From: an uncultured delta proteobacterium
Lineage (GTDB): Bacteria; Desulfobacterota; Binatia; UBA9968
NCBI GenBank assembly: GCA_963767275.1
Contig: CAVYDL010000005.1
Coordinates: forward strand, 401,533-465,532
Reading direction: 5' to 3'
Length of the DNA: 64,000 nucleotides
Below the pieces are notes generated by a model. That model did no database searches and had not been told where the DNA came from. It saw only the letters and a program-made list of their open reading frames with translations. Of the stretch, positions 21,318-31,219 are shown one piece after another. Made by a program: the position numbers and the translations under genes. How positions within the stretch are numbered: position 1 is the first letter of the stretch; each line of letters starts with the position of its first letter.

Positions 21318-22034
21318 GTGACCATGGCTAACAATTGGGCAAATGCTCGAGTCGATAACAGCGACATGCCGATTTACGTGACTCTGCCGGCGAGCGATCG
21401 GACCGTGCCGGGTATCGTTGTCGTCCACGGACGCTCGGGTCTGGAAGATTTCATCAAGGATACGACGCGGATGTTTGCCCAGCTGGGTTATGCCGCGGTG
21501 GCGCCGAGTCTCTATCATCGCGATGGGCCGGATTGCAAAGACGACAACGAAGTGCGCAAGGCGCGCCTGCGCGATCCGTCGATCATTCGTGACATCGAAG
21601 GCGCGATCGGCTTTCTCAGAAATCACCCGCAGGTCGACGGTGGCAGGCTCGGCATCGTCGGCTTCTGCATGGGCGGGCGGTTAGTTTATTTGATGTCGGC
21701 GGCGAGCAAGGATTTGAAAGCCGGCGTGATGTTCTACGGCAGCAGCACCATGGAACCTTACGGTGAAGCCGGACCGACCCCGTTCGACCGCACGCGCGAC
21801 ATCAATTGTCCGATCCAAGGCCATTTCGGCGCCGACGATCAAAATCCCTCGCCGGAAGACATGCGCAAGCTCGACGCCGAGCTGAGCAAGTTCGGCAAGC
21901 CCCACGAATTTCACAGCTACGCCGGCGCGGCGCACGCGTTCGTCAATTCAGGCTCGGGAAATTATCGGCCCCATGCTGCGGCGCTATCCTGGCCCAAGGC
22001 GATGGAGTTTTTTGCCCGGCATTTGGTGGGGTAG
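21318..22034 (+). CDS. dienelactone hydrolase family protein
   Basis: Alpha/beta hydrolase with nucleophile motif GFCMGG. Confidence 0.7.
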   Translation: MTMANNWANARVDNSDMPIYVTLPASDRTVPGIVVVHGRSGLEDFIKDTTRMFAQLGYAAVAPSLYHRDGPDCKDDNEVRKARLRDPSIIRDIEGAIGFLRNHPQVDGGRLGIVGFCMGGRLVYLMSAASKDLKAGVMFYGSSTMEPYGEAGPTPFDRTRDINCPIQGHFGADDQNPSPEDMRKLDAELSKFGKPHEFHSYAGAAHAFVNSGSGNYRPHAAALSWPKAMEFFARHLVG

Positions 22035-22044
22035 CGGAGAGACG

Positions 22045-22080
22045 GCGTTCAAAACGTTCACGCCGTTCAAATCGTTGTTG
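22045..22080. repeat. GTTCAA hexamer-cluster repeat
   Basis: gttcaa-aac-gttcac-gcc-gttcaa-atc-gtt, followed by TTGCGAATTGCGAAC / ATTAATTGCGAAAAC motifs. Confidence 0.7.
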
Positions 22081-22490
22081 CGAATTGCGAACATAATCGC
22101 GATTAATTGCGAAAACTTTTGACGAGAATATTCTTAATTGTGCGCGACGCCGTTGAAACTAAAGAGTTGGACGCCTGTTTTCGACCTATGCTTTGATCTG
22201 TTCCTGACCCCACCGAAGAGCTGCTTGTTTGGTCTCTCCTCGGCTGTTGTGGCCTTCTAATTCGCCCATATCACACAGAGTTCTCTCGGGATTTGTAGTA
22301 TCGGACCTATCCAAAACGTTCGCCTTCCAGAGCCATTCTGCCGCGCTATGATGATGTCGATTGTGTAATCTCTGTATGCCTTCTTCATGTGGCTGCTACG
22401 TATCATCCGCTCCCACGTAATTAAAACCTAAGCGTACGGTTGCTTTCTCTCTGTGATGTGCGGTAAAAAAAGCTCCTTTGAGGGAGCGTT

Positions 22491-22715
22491 ATGCAACAAT
22501 TTTACAAAGGTCATACGATTAAAACCTCAGCCCAGCATTTACGCGACACGCAACAATGGCAACCCGTGCTTCAAATAATAATTTGGAATTACAACCAGAA
22601 CTTATTCAAACCTTTCAGCGCAACCGAATGTTTTTCAACACGGGAGCAAGCTGAAAGTGAAGGCCTAATAATCGCTAAAAAATGGATCGATGACGGCAAG
22701 CCCGGCGTCTCCTAA
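22491..22715 (+). CDS. hypothetical small protein (YKGHTI...AKKWIDDG)
   Basis: 74 aa; lies in the low-GC island. Confidence 0.4.
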   Translation: MQQFYKGHTIKTSAQHLRDTQQWQPVLQIIIWNYNQNLFKPFSATECFSTREQAESEGLIIAKKWIDDGKPGVS

Positions 22716-22999
22716 TCCGCTCTCGCCACGAGATCATCCGGCGGCCTCTCCGGCGTCAATTCTCCCGCCTTGAGTTATCTATGGCACGTGCTGTAAACGG
22801 TGCATGCCATACGCTATTCGGTTTACTCTTTTCCTACTTGCCGCGCTCTCTGTTACCGGGGTGCTCGGGTATCGTAGCGGTTTCGCCGGGTCTGGGCGGT
22901 CGTGCTCGTAATTTTGGTCATGATCCCGCTTATCATCGAATTCGGCGCGAGGTGTTGAAGCGGGACAGGCTATAGACTTCAACAAGCGCCGGCGGCAGG

Positions 23000-23290
23000 C
23001 TACTGTTTCATATTGTTAGTCACAAAATCGTTCCATTCGCTAGTCGCCTGACTCAGGACGCGTTGGTGATTTTTGATGGCTTCTTCCTGCTGACGGATAA
23101 ATCCCTCGATACATGATCTATACTTATTCACAGCGTCGTTAAATTTGTCTGCGTCTGGTTGGGTTTTAATCTCAGACGCCTTACCTGGACCATGACATGC
23201 GTGAGATGGGGCAGAAGCGTCAGCGTAGACGAGCGGAGTGGCAAGCATCAAAGATGCAAAAACCGACATATTGAAAAGGTTTACGATCAT
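23000..23290 (-). CDS. secreted hypothetical protein
   Basis: Signal peptide MSVFASLMLATPLVYA. Confidence 0.45.
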   Translation of the reverse strand: MIVNLFNMSVFASLMLATPLVYADASAPSHACHGPGKASEIKTQPDADKFNDAVNKYRSCIEGFIRQQEEAIKNHQRVLSQATSEWNDFVTNNMKQ

Positions 23291-23403
23291 GGCTCCTCCA
23301 GGAGATATGACTTTATCGCATGATATTCTGCTGCCTACTTGTCAACGGGACAACTCCGCGTTGCTTGGCAATACCATGCAAGTGGAAAGGAGCAGTGTGA
23401 GAT

Positions 23404-24381
23404 TTAAGGACGAAGCTTCCTGCGGAAGTTTTCGTAGAGATCATCGAATATCGCAGTGGCACGCGCAAGCCGCGCGTCGTCATCTCTATGTGCCATAGCG
23501 ATTCCGTCGATCAGTCGGGCTATGCCTATAGTTTCTTCCCGTTCAAACTTCGAGTCTTTCAGGTCGATGTCGTGGACAATTTCGGCGATCCTAACGAGGC
23601 CAGGATCACGAATCCCCGTTCGCATCATTAATACTTCCATTGAACAGCAGTCGTTCTCATGTGTGAACTCCGCCTCAAACATATCGAATCGGATTTCATC
23701 GTGTAGCGGCGTGTATCCTTTGGCGGGAACGAACTTGATGCGAGCTTCAGGATCGATGAAGCGCCGGACTACCCAGGCGGTAGCCATTCGATCGACATGG
23801 ATACCCGTTCGGGTTACCCAAGTCTTACCTCGTAAATCATTAATGTTTGTTTTGCCCTCGGATGTCGGGCCAGCTTTATTGTCGCGCAAGCGCGCCTCGA
23901 TGCCGGAGAGCAGCCCAGTTGCCGCCTCACGGCCGGGCGCGCCAAAGAAATCGATGGCAACCGCTTCATCCAGGTGGCGCTTTAGTCGCGCGAGGTCGAG
24001 TTCAAGCTGCGGCCGATTCTTTTTACCGAGCTTCCCTTGGGGACTGACAGTCTTGGCTATCCGGCGCGCACCCTCGGCGATCTGGTCGTAATCGGCCGTG
24101 CGAGATACTTGGAACAGTGCTTCGACTTCATCATCGTTAATCCCATCAACCAACCGCGCCTCACACAGCGTGCCGTCTCCGCCACCTTCGACGATCTCGC
24201 GCAATACCCATTGGAAGTCTTCTTGCGACTGATCGCTTTTAGGGAGGACGTATACGGAATTTTTGATAGCTACCGCGCCGAGCCGTTGCAGGCGGCGCCA
24301 AATTTTGACGCGTAGGTAACTCGGCTTTGGCGGGATCTGGTGAATCAATAATAACCAGCGGATGTCGTCGGATTCTTTCAT
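23404..24381 (-). CDS. chrB: chromate resistance protein ChrB
   Basis: N-terminal WLLLIHQIPPKPSYLRVKIWRRLQRLGAV...VYVLP; divergent from chrA. Confidence 0.8.
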   Translation of the reverse strand: MKESDDIRWLLLIHQIPPKPSYLRVKIWRRLQRLGAVAIKNSVYVLPKSDQSQEDFQWVLREIVEGGGDGTLCEARLVDGINDDEVEALFQVSRTADYDQIAEGARRIAKTVSPQGKLGKKNRPQLELDLARLKRHLDEAVAIDFFGAPGREAATGLLSGIEARLRDNKAGPTSEGKTNINDLRGKTWVTRTGIHVDRMATAWVVRRFIDPEARIKFVPAKGYTPLHDEIRFDMFEAEFTHENDCCSMEVLMMRTGIRDPGLVRIAEIVHDIDLKDSKFEREETIGIARLIDGIAMAHRDDDARLARATAIFDDLYENFRRKLRP

Positions 24382-24492
24382 TGATTTTCTTGACAGGAGA
24401 AACAGTTGTTATATACGTGATACATTCGTCCTATGCACCCATCGCTAGTTTATACTGTCTCGACCTTTAACTGAAACAGGGAATGTTCTGCG

Positions 24493-25731
24493 ATGGAACC
24501 TTTAGGCCGGCAAGCCCAAGTGGCAGGCAGCGCGGCTTTTATAGCGCCCGATCCGCGAATCCGCTTGTGGTCGCTCATCGGCTACTTCCTCAAACTAGGC
24601 ACTATTGGTTTTGGCGGACCAGTGGCATTGGTCGGTTTCATGTACCGTGACCTAGTCGAGCGTCGCGGTTGGATCACCGAGGATACCTACAAGCTTTCCC
24701 TCGCGCTGGCGCAGATAATGCCCGGGCCGCTGGCTGCACAGACGGCGATTGCGATCGGATATTTCGAGGGAGGCATTCTCGGCGCCACGCTGGTTGGTCT
24801 CGCGTTCATTATCCCGTCGTTCCTGATGGTCGTCGGGATTTCGCTTGCCTACGTCGCCTACGGCGGTCTTTGGTGGATGCAGGCGCTTTTCTATGCGATC
24901 GGCGCCACCGTGATTGCGATCATCGCCATTGCGGCCTACAAGCTCGCGCGCAGCACCAATAAACGCGAGCCGTTGCTTTGGGCCATTTTCGCCGTTCTGA
25001 CGGTTGTTACGGTATGGGCGCAGGCCGAGCTGGCGGAGTTCTTTATTGTTGCCGGTCTTGTCATGCTGCTCTCCCATGCGTGGCCTGGTTGGCGTGTTGG
25101 TTCGCTCATGACGTTGGGCGCGGCAACTCTGGCGGCTACGATTTGGCTGCTTGAGGCCTGGCTGCGTCAAGCCGGCACCACGGCCGGTTCCCAAGATTTA
25201 CTTGTGCAGATACTCTTATTCTTCACTAAAGCCGGCGCTTTTGTATTTGGCAGCGGGCTGGCAATCATTCCATTTTTGCAACAGGGTGTCGTACAGCAGT
25301 TCGGCTGGCTGAACCAGCACCAATTCCTCGACGCCGTCGCGGTCGCGATGATCACCCCCGGGCCAGTCGTCATCACCGTCGCTTTCATTGGATTTCTGGT
25401 AGCCGGCTTCGCAGGCGCGGTGATGGCCTCGATCGGTATTTTTCTGCCGGTATATGTCTTCACGATCGTGCCAGCTCCGTGGTTCAAACGACATCGCGAT
25501 AATCCGCAGCTCAAGGCCTTCGTCGATGGCGCCACGGCCGCTGCAACGGGAGCGATTACCGGCGCAGTCATTGTTCTCGCAATGCGCGCGATCACCGACT
25601 GGACAACGGCGACCATCGCACTTGTCAGTTTTGCTGTGCTCTGGCGCTACAAGATTTCCGAGCCGATTATCGTAACGATCTCAGGCGTGATCGGTTTGAT
25701 TCTTTGGCCACTGCTGCGCGGCGGGTCATAG
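24493..25731 (+). CDS. chrA: chromate ion transporter ChrA (CHR family)
   Basis: Two CHR half-domains with GTIGFGGPVA and AFVFGSGLAIIPFLQ; about 12 TM. Confidence 0.85.
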   Translation: MEPLGRQAQVAGSAAFIAPDPRIRLWSLIGYFLKLGTIGFGGPVALVGFMYRDLVERRGWITEDTYKLSLALAQIMPGPLAAQTAIAIGYFEGGILGATLVGLAFIIPSFLMVVGISLAYVAYGGLWWMQALFYAIGATVIAIIAIAAYKLARSTNKREPLLWAIFAVLTVVTVWAQAELAEFFIVAGLVMLLSHAWPGWRVGSLMTLGAATLAATIWLLEAWLRQAGTTAGSQDLLVQILLFFTKAGAFVFGSGLAIIPFLQQGVVQQFGWLNQHQFLDAVAVAMITPGPVVITVAFIGFLVAGFAGAVMASIGIFLPVYVFTIVPAPWFKRHRDNPQLKAFVDGATAAATGAITGAVIVLAMRAITDWTTATIALVSFAVLWRYKISEPIIVTISGVIGLILWPLLRGGS

Positions 25732-25740
25732 GCAGGAAGC

Positions 25741-26868
25741 ATGTCTCACGGAAAGAGAAACTCTATGGCACACGATGTCTGCGAACGCATTGCAGTTGTC
25801 TACCCTGGTGATTATGCGGAAAGAACGAAGGCAACAGCCGAAAATAACCGGTTCATAGACTTGTTCGGAGCCTTTGCCGCCCAAGGGATACATGCGGTAC
25901 CGGCGGTTTACCGTGATGATTTTAGCGCGGAAGTTCACGCTCAACTGATGCGCGTAGACGCCGTTCTCGTCTGGGTCAATCCTATTCAGGACGGGCGCAA
26001 TCGGTCTGTTCTCGATGCCATGCTTCGCGAGGTGGCCACTGCAGGAATTTTTGTCAGCGCGCATCCCGACATCATCCTGAAGCTGGGCACGAAGGAAATT
26101 CTATACCGAACGCGCAATATGGGGTGGGGGAGTGAGACTTATCTCTATAACAGCATGGAACAAGTGCGTCAGGAATTGCCCGCTCGCTTGGCAATCGGAA
26201 AAGCCCGCGTACTCAAACAATACCGCGGTAACGGCGGATCTGGCGTTTGGAAAGTGCAATTGCCGATGGGCGACTTTACGAGCGCTGAACAAGGTAGTGT
26301 CGGGCCTTTGCAGGCTGAAACGATCGTTCGCGTCCGCCATGCACAACGCGGCTGCAGTGAAGAAGAGATCATGTTAGGCGAATTCTTTGCACGATGTGAG
26401 GAATATTTTCTCGCGGACGGCCGGATGATTGACCAGGCGTATCAAGAACGGCTCCCCGACGGCATGATTCGCTGTTATCTCGTGCAGGAAAAGGTGGTCG
26501 GATTTGGCCACCAGGCTATCAACGCATTATTCCCCGCGCCTTCCGGCGCAGCGCCGACAGACGCCCCCCAACCTGGACCCCGCTTATACCATCCGCCCAC
26601 CAAGCCGGAATTCCAGGCTCTGAAACAGAAGTTAGAGCATGAGTGGTTACCGGCGCTGCAGCAGCTACTTGAAATCAACACCGAGAGCCTTCCCATTCTT
26701 TGGGATTGCGATTTTCTCCTCGGGCCGAAGGACGAATCCGGCGAAGACAGGTATGTGCTTTGCGAAATCAACGTCAGCAGTGTTGCGCCGTATCCTGAAT
26801 CTGCGGTGCACTACATCGTTGATGCGACGGTGGCTCGGGTACAATCGACGAGACAGAGACGCGTTTGA
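25741..26868 (+). CDS. ATP-grasp domain protein (RimK-like ligase fold), function unknown
   Basis: Motif VLKQYRGNGGSGVWKV and C-terminal LCEINVSSV resemble ATP-grasp signatures; 10 nt downstream of chrA. Confidence 0.45.
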   Translation: MSHGKRNSMAHDVCERIAVVYPGDYAERTKATAENNRFIDLFGAFAAQGIHAVPAVYRDDFSAEVHAQLMRVDAVLVWVNPIQDGRNRSVLDAMLREVATAGIFVSAHPDIILKLGTKEILYRTRNMGWGSETYLYNSMEQVRQELPARLAIGKARVLKQYRGNGGSGVWKVQLPMGDFTSAEQGSVGPLQAETIVRVRHAQRGCSEEEIMLGEFFARCEEYFLADGRMIDQAYQERLPDGMIRCYLVQEKVVGFGHQAINALFPAPSGAAPTDAPQPGPRLYHPPTKPEFQALKQKLEHEWLPALQQLLEINTESLPILWDCDFLLGPKDESGEDRYVLCEINVSSVAPYPESAVHYIVDATVARVQSTRQRRV

Positions 26869-27521
26869 ATGTCTAAAACCTCCGGGCAGGATATCGCTTC
26901 AAACGCGGCCTTCTCTTGGGCGCATTGATCGCCGTGTATCCGAGAAGATCAAAAGGATGGTGATTACTTGGTTGAAACGGTTTGCTAATTAACCAGACGC
27001 GAGCGCCGTCACTTTGGGCTCGGCGCCTTAAGGGTTTCATTGCTGCAATTTCGTCATCGCGCGCCTTGGCCTGTTGACGCGGTTGCGCAACACCTTTGTC
27101 TGTTCGTCGGCTATGACCATGCGGCCTGTTGCACCGGGCGCCTCGGTCTTGTACCGGACCGCAATATTCATGTCTCCGCTCGCCATGGATTGCACAGTTA
27201 TCGACTCAACCGATGGCTAAGTCTTTCCACTGTTAATCGGTGCTTCACTTCCGGCCCTCCCCGGTTTTTGTAGCTTTTAATTCGCGTTGATCGCGCAAAT
27301 CAATCTTACCCGGCTATAAGGTTTTACGAAGTCTCCGGGCGCGCATGCCCAATTTTCACCGGCATTTTAGGAGCCGCACTCACTATTCTGTGGCACACAT
27401 GCTGCGTTGACTTTCTTTAGTCAGCGCCCGGAGTTAGCTCGTCGTAAGTTCATCAACTTTTGGTTTTGGAGTCGGCATTCGCCGTGTATTAGTTAACAGC
27501 GAAAATGGAGTTATTATCACG

Positions 27522-28019
27522 ATGCAAGCCTGGTATGTCATTTATACAAAAGCGCAGAAGGAAGAGCTCGCGCAATTCCATTTGAAATTGAAGAATCTCG
27601 AATCGGTTTTTCCCAGACTCTTGCTACCGCTATTTTCGCGTAAGCAAAAGCGAATTGTTCCGCTATTCCCCAACTATCTTTTTGTTCGGATTGATTTCGA
27701 GAAAGAGTATGACTTTGTGCGTTGGTCGCCCGGTGTGAAGTGTTTCGTTAGTTTCAATGACAGGCCGCATCCTTTGGAAGACGGTGTGGTCGAATATCTT
27801 TTGGATCGGGCGGATAAGAACGGGATCATTGCCGCGCGGCCTAACCTAAAAAAAGGCCAAGAGGTACGAATTTGCGGTGGTCCTCTGGCTGGGCTAGATG
27901 GAATTATTCAAAATCCTCCTGATGCAAAAGGGCGAGTGACAGTGCTATTGAGCCTTTTTAACCGCAACGTCGAAGCAGGGGCGCGGTTAGAGCACATCGA
28001 GAGTAGTTGGCTGAAATAA
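27522..28019 (+). CDS. NusG-paralog transcription antiterminator (UpxY/LoaP/RfaH-like)
   Basis: NGN domain WYVIYTKAQKEELA...YLFV; KOW motif GQEVRICGGPLAGLDGII. Confidence 0.7.
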   Translation: MQAWYVIYTKAQKEELAQFHLKLKNLESVFPRLLLPLFSRKQKRIVPLFPNYLFVRIDFEKEYDFVRWSPGVKCFVSFNDRPHPLEDGVVEYLLDRADKNGIIAARPNLKKGQEVRICGGPLAGLDGIIQNPPDAKGRVTVLLSLFNRNVEAGARLEHIESSWLK

Positions 28020-28176
28020 GCTTTCTAAGTAGGTTTGTCGTTACCGGCGGCGTTTCTTTCGGGCTCGGCACCGTTTTATAAAGTTAAATAGACTAAATAT
28101 GCGACAAAAAACTGACAGGATAATGCCAAAGATACCCGCTACGAATCCTCAAAAATTCATCGGCGGACGCTAGCGT

Positions 28177-28365
28177 CTACGGATTGAGCGCAATGTCGTC
28201 TACATATCCGCACTCTGTGCATCGCGCTCGGAGACAGTCCTTCCAGACCGAAGGATCAAGCGGTGTAGTATTGGGTATTAACTTCATCACACCATTGCCG
28301 CACTTCGGACACGTACTATTTGGTTTGACCATATCGTCACACCTTTCTTGTTCGTGAATTTGCAT
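28177..28365 (-). CDS. zinc-ribbon small protein
   Basis: CPKCG...CTECG, two CxxC pairs. Confidence 0.45.
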   Translation of the reverse strand: MQIHEQERCDDMVKPNSTCPKCGNGVMKLIPNTTPLDPSVWKDCLRARCTECGYVDDIALNP

Positions 28366-28604
28366 GCGAAACGATGGCGTAATCAGGCATGCACGAGCCC
28401 TAGTCCCATTTACCGACTATGTCAAAGCCAATATCGGATGGGGTGTAGGCTCGACGCCCCCATTTGTTTCTGTACAGAAATGGGTGGGAGAGGTTGAAGG
28501 CGAACCGCCCAATTTATGATTTCTAAGTTGTGGGACGAGATTCGGATCGTTGCGTGGACGCGATGCTGCTTGGGGACGAAGCAAAAGCAGGAGGGCTATT
28601 CTGA

Positions 28605-28859
28605 CTAAAGGTCACCTAGCAAGCCGGCGTCTCTGAGCCCTTGACGGATCCGTTTTATTGCCTCGGGGCAATGCTCTCTGGCGATGGATAATAATTGGAA
28701 TGCATGATCTTCGTTGCAATGAATAGCGTTGGTAGGCCAACCGGTAGATTGAAGTTGGGATCCGGAGTTGAGCAGCATTATTCCGAGTGCGGAGCTGCGC
28801 TCAATGTGCCTGAGAAAACAGTCTACATCGGCTGAGGAAAGCTCAATGATAATCTCCAT
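28605..28859 (-). CDS. hypothetical protein
   Basis: 84 aa ORF in the island. Confidence 0.3.
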   Translation of the reverse strand: MEIIIELSSADVDCFLRHIERSSALGIMLLNSGSQLQSTGWPTNAIHCNEDHAFQLLSIAREHCPEAIKRIRQGLRDAGLLGDL

Positions 28860-29263
28860 CGTGCTGCCTCCGCGGCGCCCAAGATCATAGGGGCCACTCC
28901 GATATTAAGTATTAGTAGTTTCTGTGAGTTATCGCTGTCAGATAACAGACAACGTTCGTTTTTACCGATGTCAGGTCCGTGATGGATGGCTGCTCGCCGA
29001 ACGGAAACATCGTGACGCCGCGATCTTCGAGAGCCCAGGGGGGCGTGACGTTTTTCGGCTTGGCGGCCCGCCTTTTGATATTTCTCCGCTAGGGAAACAA
29101 CTGGCGCCAAAATTGGAATCTTTTGAGTTTATCTTTGTGCGGTAATAGTCCCATTAGGGTGAAACTATTTCATACTGTCCGGCCCATGGGACGAACGGCA
29201 ATCCTAGACAGGTTAATTCCCCATCACATTTTCGCGCATGGCGGATGCGCTCGCTCGAACCGT

Positions 29264-30322
29264 TCAGCGCGGCGGCAGCGGCCCGGCCCCGTTGATCTTT
29301 TTGAACAGATCGATGATTTCCGGGTCGCGCGGCAAATCTTTCACCAGCTTTTCCATCTCTTCCGGCAATATCGGCGTCGGTTCTTCGCCGACCATTTTTT
29401 TGTATTCCTTGTGAAACTCCGGGTCGTTGAAAGTTTTGCTAAAAGCTTGGCGCAGAACTTTTAACTGCTCGACGGAAGTTCCCGGCGGCAGAATATAGGG
29501 CGAGCCGACTTGCCTGAAGGCGCGAACCATTGACGTCAATCGCCGTTCGCGCGCCGTCTTGGCAAATTCATCGATCTCGGGCAGACGGTCGAAGCCGGAT
29601 TGTTTTAGTCCGCGCGGAACCTCCATGATCGCGTGAATGTCGATCATGCCTTTGGCGAGCATATCGGCGTTGCGCCGCACCAGAGTATCGGGATTGTTTA
29701 CGCGGCCGTCGATTTCTCCTCTGGCTAGAGCGATGTCTTGCTCATTTCCTGAATAGCCAACCAGCATTTTCGGCTCTTTGATGCCTATCAGCCAGGCAAA
29801 CAGGCGGCCGACGAAATAATTGGAATGGCCCACGGCCTGGGCGCCGATGCGTATGCCGGGCGCTTGGCGCAGCGCTTCCAAGGTGCCGAAGCCGGCGTCG
29901 CGGCGGGTGATAAAAACCCAGTGGTAGGTGCTGTGGGCGGAGCCCAGATAAATCAGTTTGTCGAGATCGTAAAGGACGCCGGCTTCTTTCAACGCGGCAT
30001 TGGCGACCAGGCCGCCGCCGATGCGGCCGATGGTGAGCCCGTCAGGTTTGGTGTTATGAAAGATATGGTTGGCGGCCTTGGTGCCGCCGCCTCCGGGCAT
30101 ATATTGGTATGCGATGGTCGGCTCGCCGGGAATATGCTTTCTCAAGACCGGGATCGTCGCCCGGACCATCGTATCGGAGGTGTCCCCGGGATCGGAGGAC
30201 TGAAGGATCGTCAGAGTCTTCCCCTGATAGAATGGCGCCTGCGACAGTGCGGGGAACGGCCACCACAGGCTTAGCAACGCTACCAGCATCAATCGTCGGA
30301 AGTCATAATTCGTTGGGAGCAT
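29264..30322 (-). CDS. Bug family (TctC-like) tripartite tricarboxylate transporter substrate-binding protein
   Basis: Signal peptide; Bug-family length; motifs PGGGGT, GYSGNEQD. Confidence 0.8.
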   Translation of the reverse strand: MLPTNYDFRRLMLVALLSLWWPFPALSQAPFYQGKTLTILQSSDPGDTSDTMVRATIPVLRKHIPGEPTIAYQYMPGGGGTKAANHIFHNTKPDGLTIGRIGGGLVANAALKEAGVLYDLDKLIYLGSAHSTYHWVFITRRDAGFGTLEALRQAPGIRIGAQAVGHSNYFVGRLFAWLIGIKEPKMLVGYSGNEQDIALARGEIDGRVNNPDTLVRRNADMLAKGMIDIHAIMEVPRGLKQSGFDRLPEIDEFAKTARERRLTSMVRAFRQVGSPYILPPGTSVEQLKVLRQAFSKTFNDPEFHKEYKKMVGEEPTPILPEEMEKLVKDLPRDPEIIDLFKKINGAGPLPPR

Positions 30323-30490
30323 TCAGCATCTCCTGCATCGACGCCCGTGTCAGTTCGCCGCTGGCGCGTAATATCGCGCAGCCGCGCAAGCGATGTCAAT
30401 GCGGATATGGTTATAATTGGTTTGCTGCCGGTCGGGGTTGACATTATCAAACCGCTTGGAGCAAATAGGCGATAACACAAGGAGGTCTTT

Positions 30491-30928
30491 ATGGGACTAT
30501 TAAAAATCGAAGGGGTGACGCATTGGTCGATTCCGGTCAACAGCTTGGACGAATCGGAGAAGTTTTATGGCGATCTGCTCGGACTGAAGCATCTTGGCCG
30601 CCTTGGTAATTCCGGTATGTCATGCTTCAACGTTGGCGATCACAACATTCTTCTCTGCGAGCGCTCGAAGGAAGTGGACAAGGCCCATGTCGAGGAGCGC
30701 AACGTCCATCATTCGTTTACGGTGGCGCCGGAGACGATTCCCCAGGCGTGCAAGATTTTCAAAGAGAAGAACGTAAAGATCGAGGAGCTGTACTACCGCA
30801 AAGGCGGCTACTTCCCGGGACGGGAGCTTTACTTCTTCGATCCCAGCGGCAATCGGTTGGAATTGCGCGATCCGACCTGGAAGGCGGGGATGCCGGAACC
30901 ATCCTTCGACGAAGTCGCCGGTCAATAA
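30491..30928 (+). CDS. VOC family (glyoxalase/bleomycin resistance/dioxygenase) protein
   Basis: Beta-alpha-beta-beta-beta modules with His/Glu metal ligands. Confidence 0.65.
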   Translation: MGLLKIEGVTHWSIPVNSLDESEKFYGDLLGLKHLGRLGNSGMSCFNVGDHNILLCERSKEVDKAHVEERNVHHSFTVAPETIPQACKIFKEKNVKIEELYYRKGGYFPGRELYFFDPSGNRLELRDPTWKAGMPEPSFDEVAGQ

Positions 30929-30938
30929 CCGGCGACTT

Positions 30939-30970
30939 CGGTTCAAGAGTTCAAAGGTTCAAGGTTCAAT
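30939..30970. repeat. GTTCAA hexamer-cluster repeat
   Basis: gttcaa-ga-gttcaa-ag-gttcaa-g-gttcaa. Confidence 0.75.
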
Positions 30971-31044
30971 TAGATAAGACATCGGCTCCGCCGGTTCTGA
31001 CCCAAACAGATACGGCTTGGATGATGCGAATTGCTCGCATCATC

Positions 31045-31160
31045 CAAGCCGTTTGTACTGCGCGATTCTGCTAGCTACTTCTTCGCCGCGATCGGCACTC
31101 CGGGCAGCTTGGTTTTCTCGTCGTAATACTCTTGAGAAAATTCCGGGGTTTGCGCCGTGC
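31045..31160. repeat. Direct repeat copy A; contains a 3' fragment of an enoyl-CoA hydratase gene
   Basis: About 115 nt, roughly 95% identical to 33836..33946; minus strand encodes PEFSQEYYDEKTKLPGVPIAAKK*; preceded by a perfect 16-bp-stem hairpin at 31021-31057. Confidence 0.85.
31076..31150 (-). pseudogene. enoyl-CoA hydratase 3'-terminal gene remnant (about 24 codons)
   Basis: Identical C-terminal peptide to the intact gene at 33865..34707, with no upstream reading frame. Confidence 0.7.
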
Positions 31161-31219
31161 CTAGATTTTCTGAACGGCCAATAATCCTGGCAGGGAGTTC
31201 GAGCCGAGATTGTTATTAT

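Noticed and set aside
27040-27273. 77-aa ORF in the NusG-like leader
   Set aside because: No RBS and odd composition. It more likely sits in a non-coding leader.
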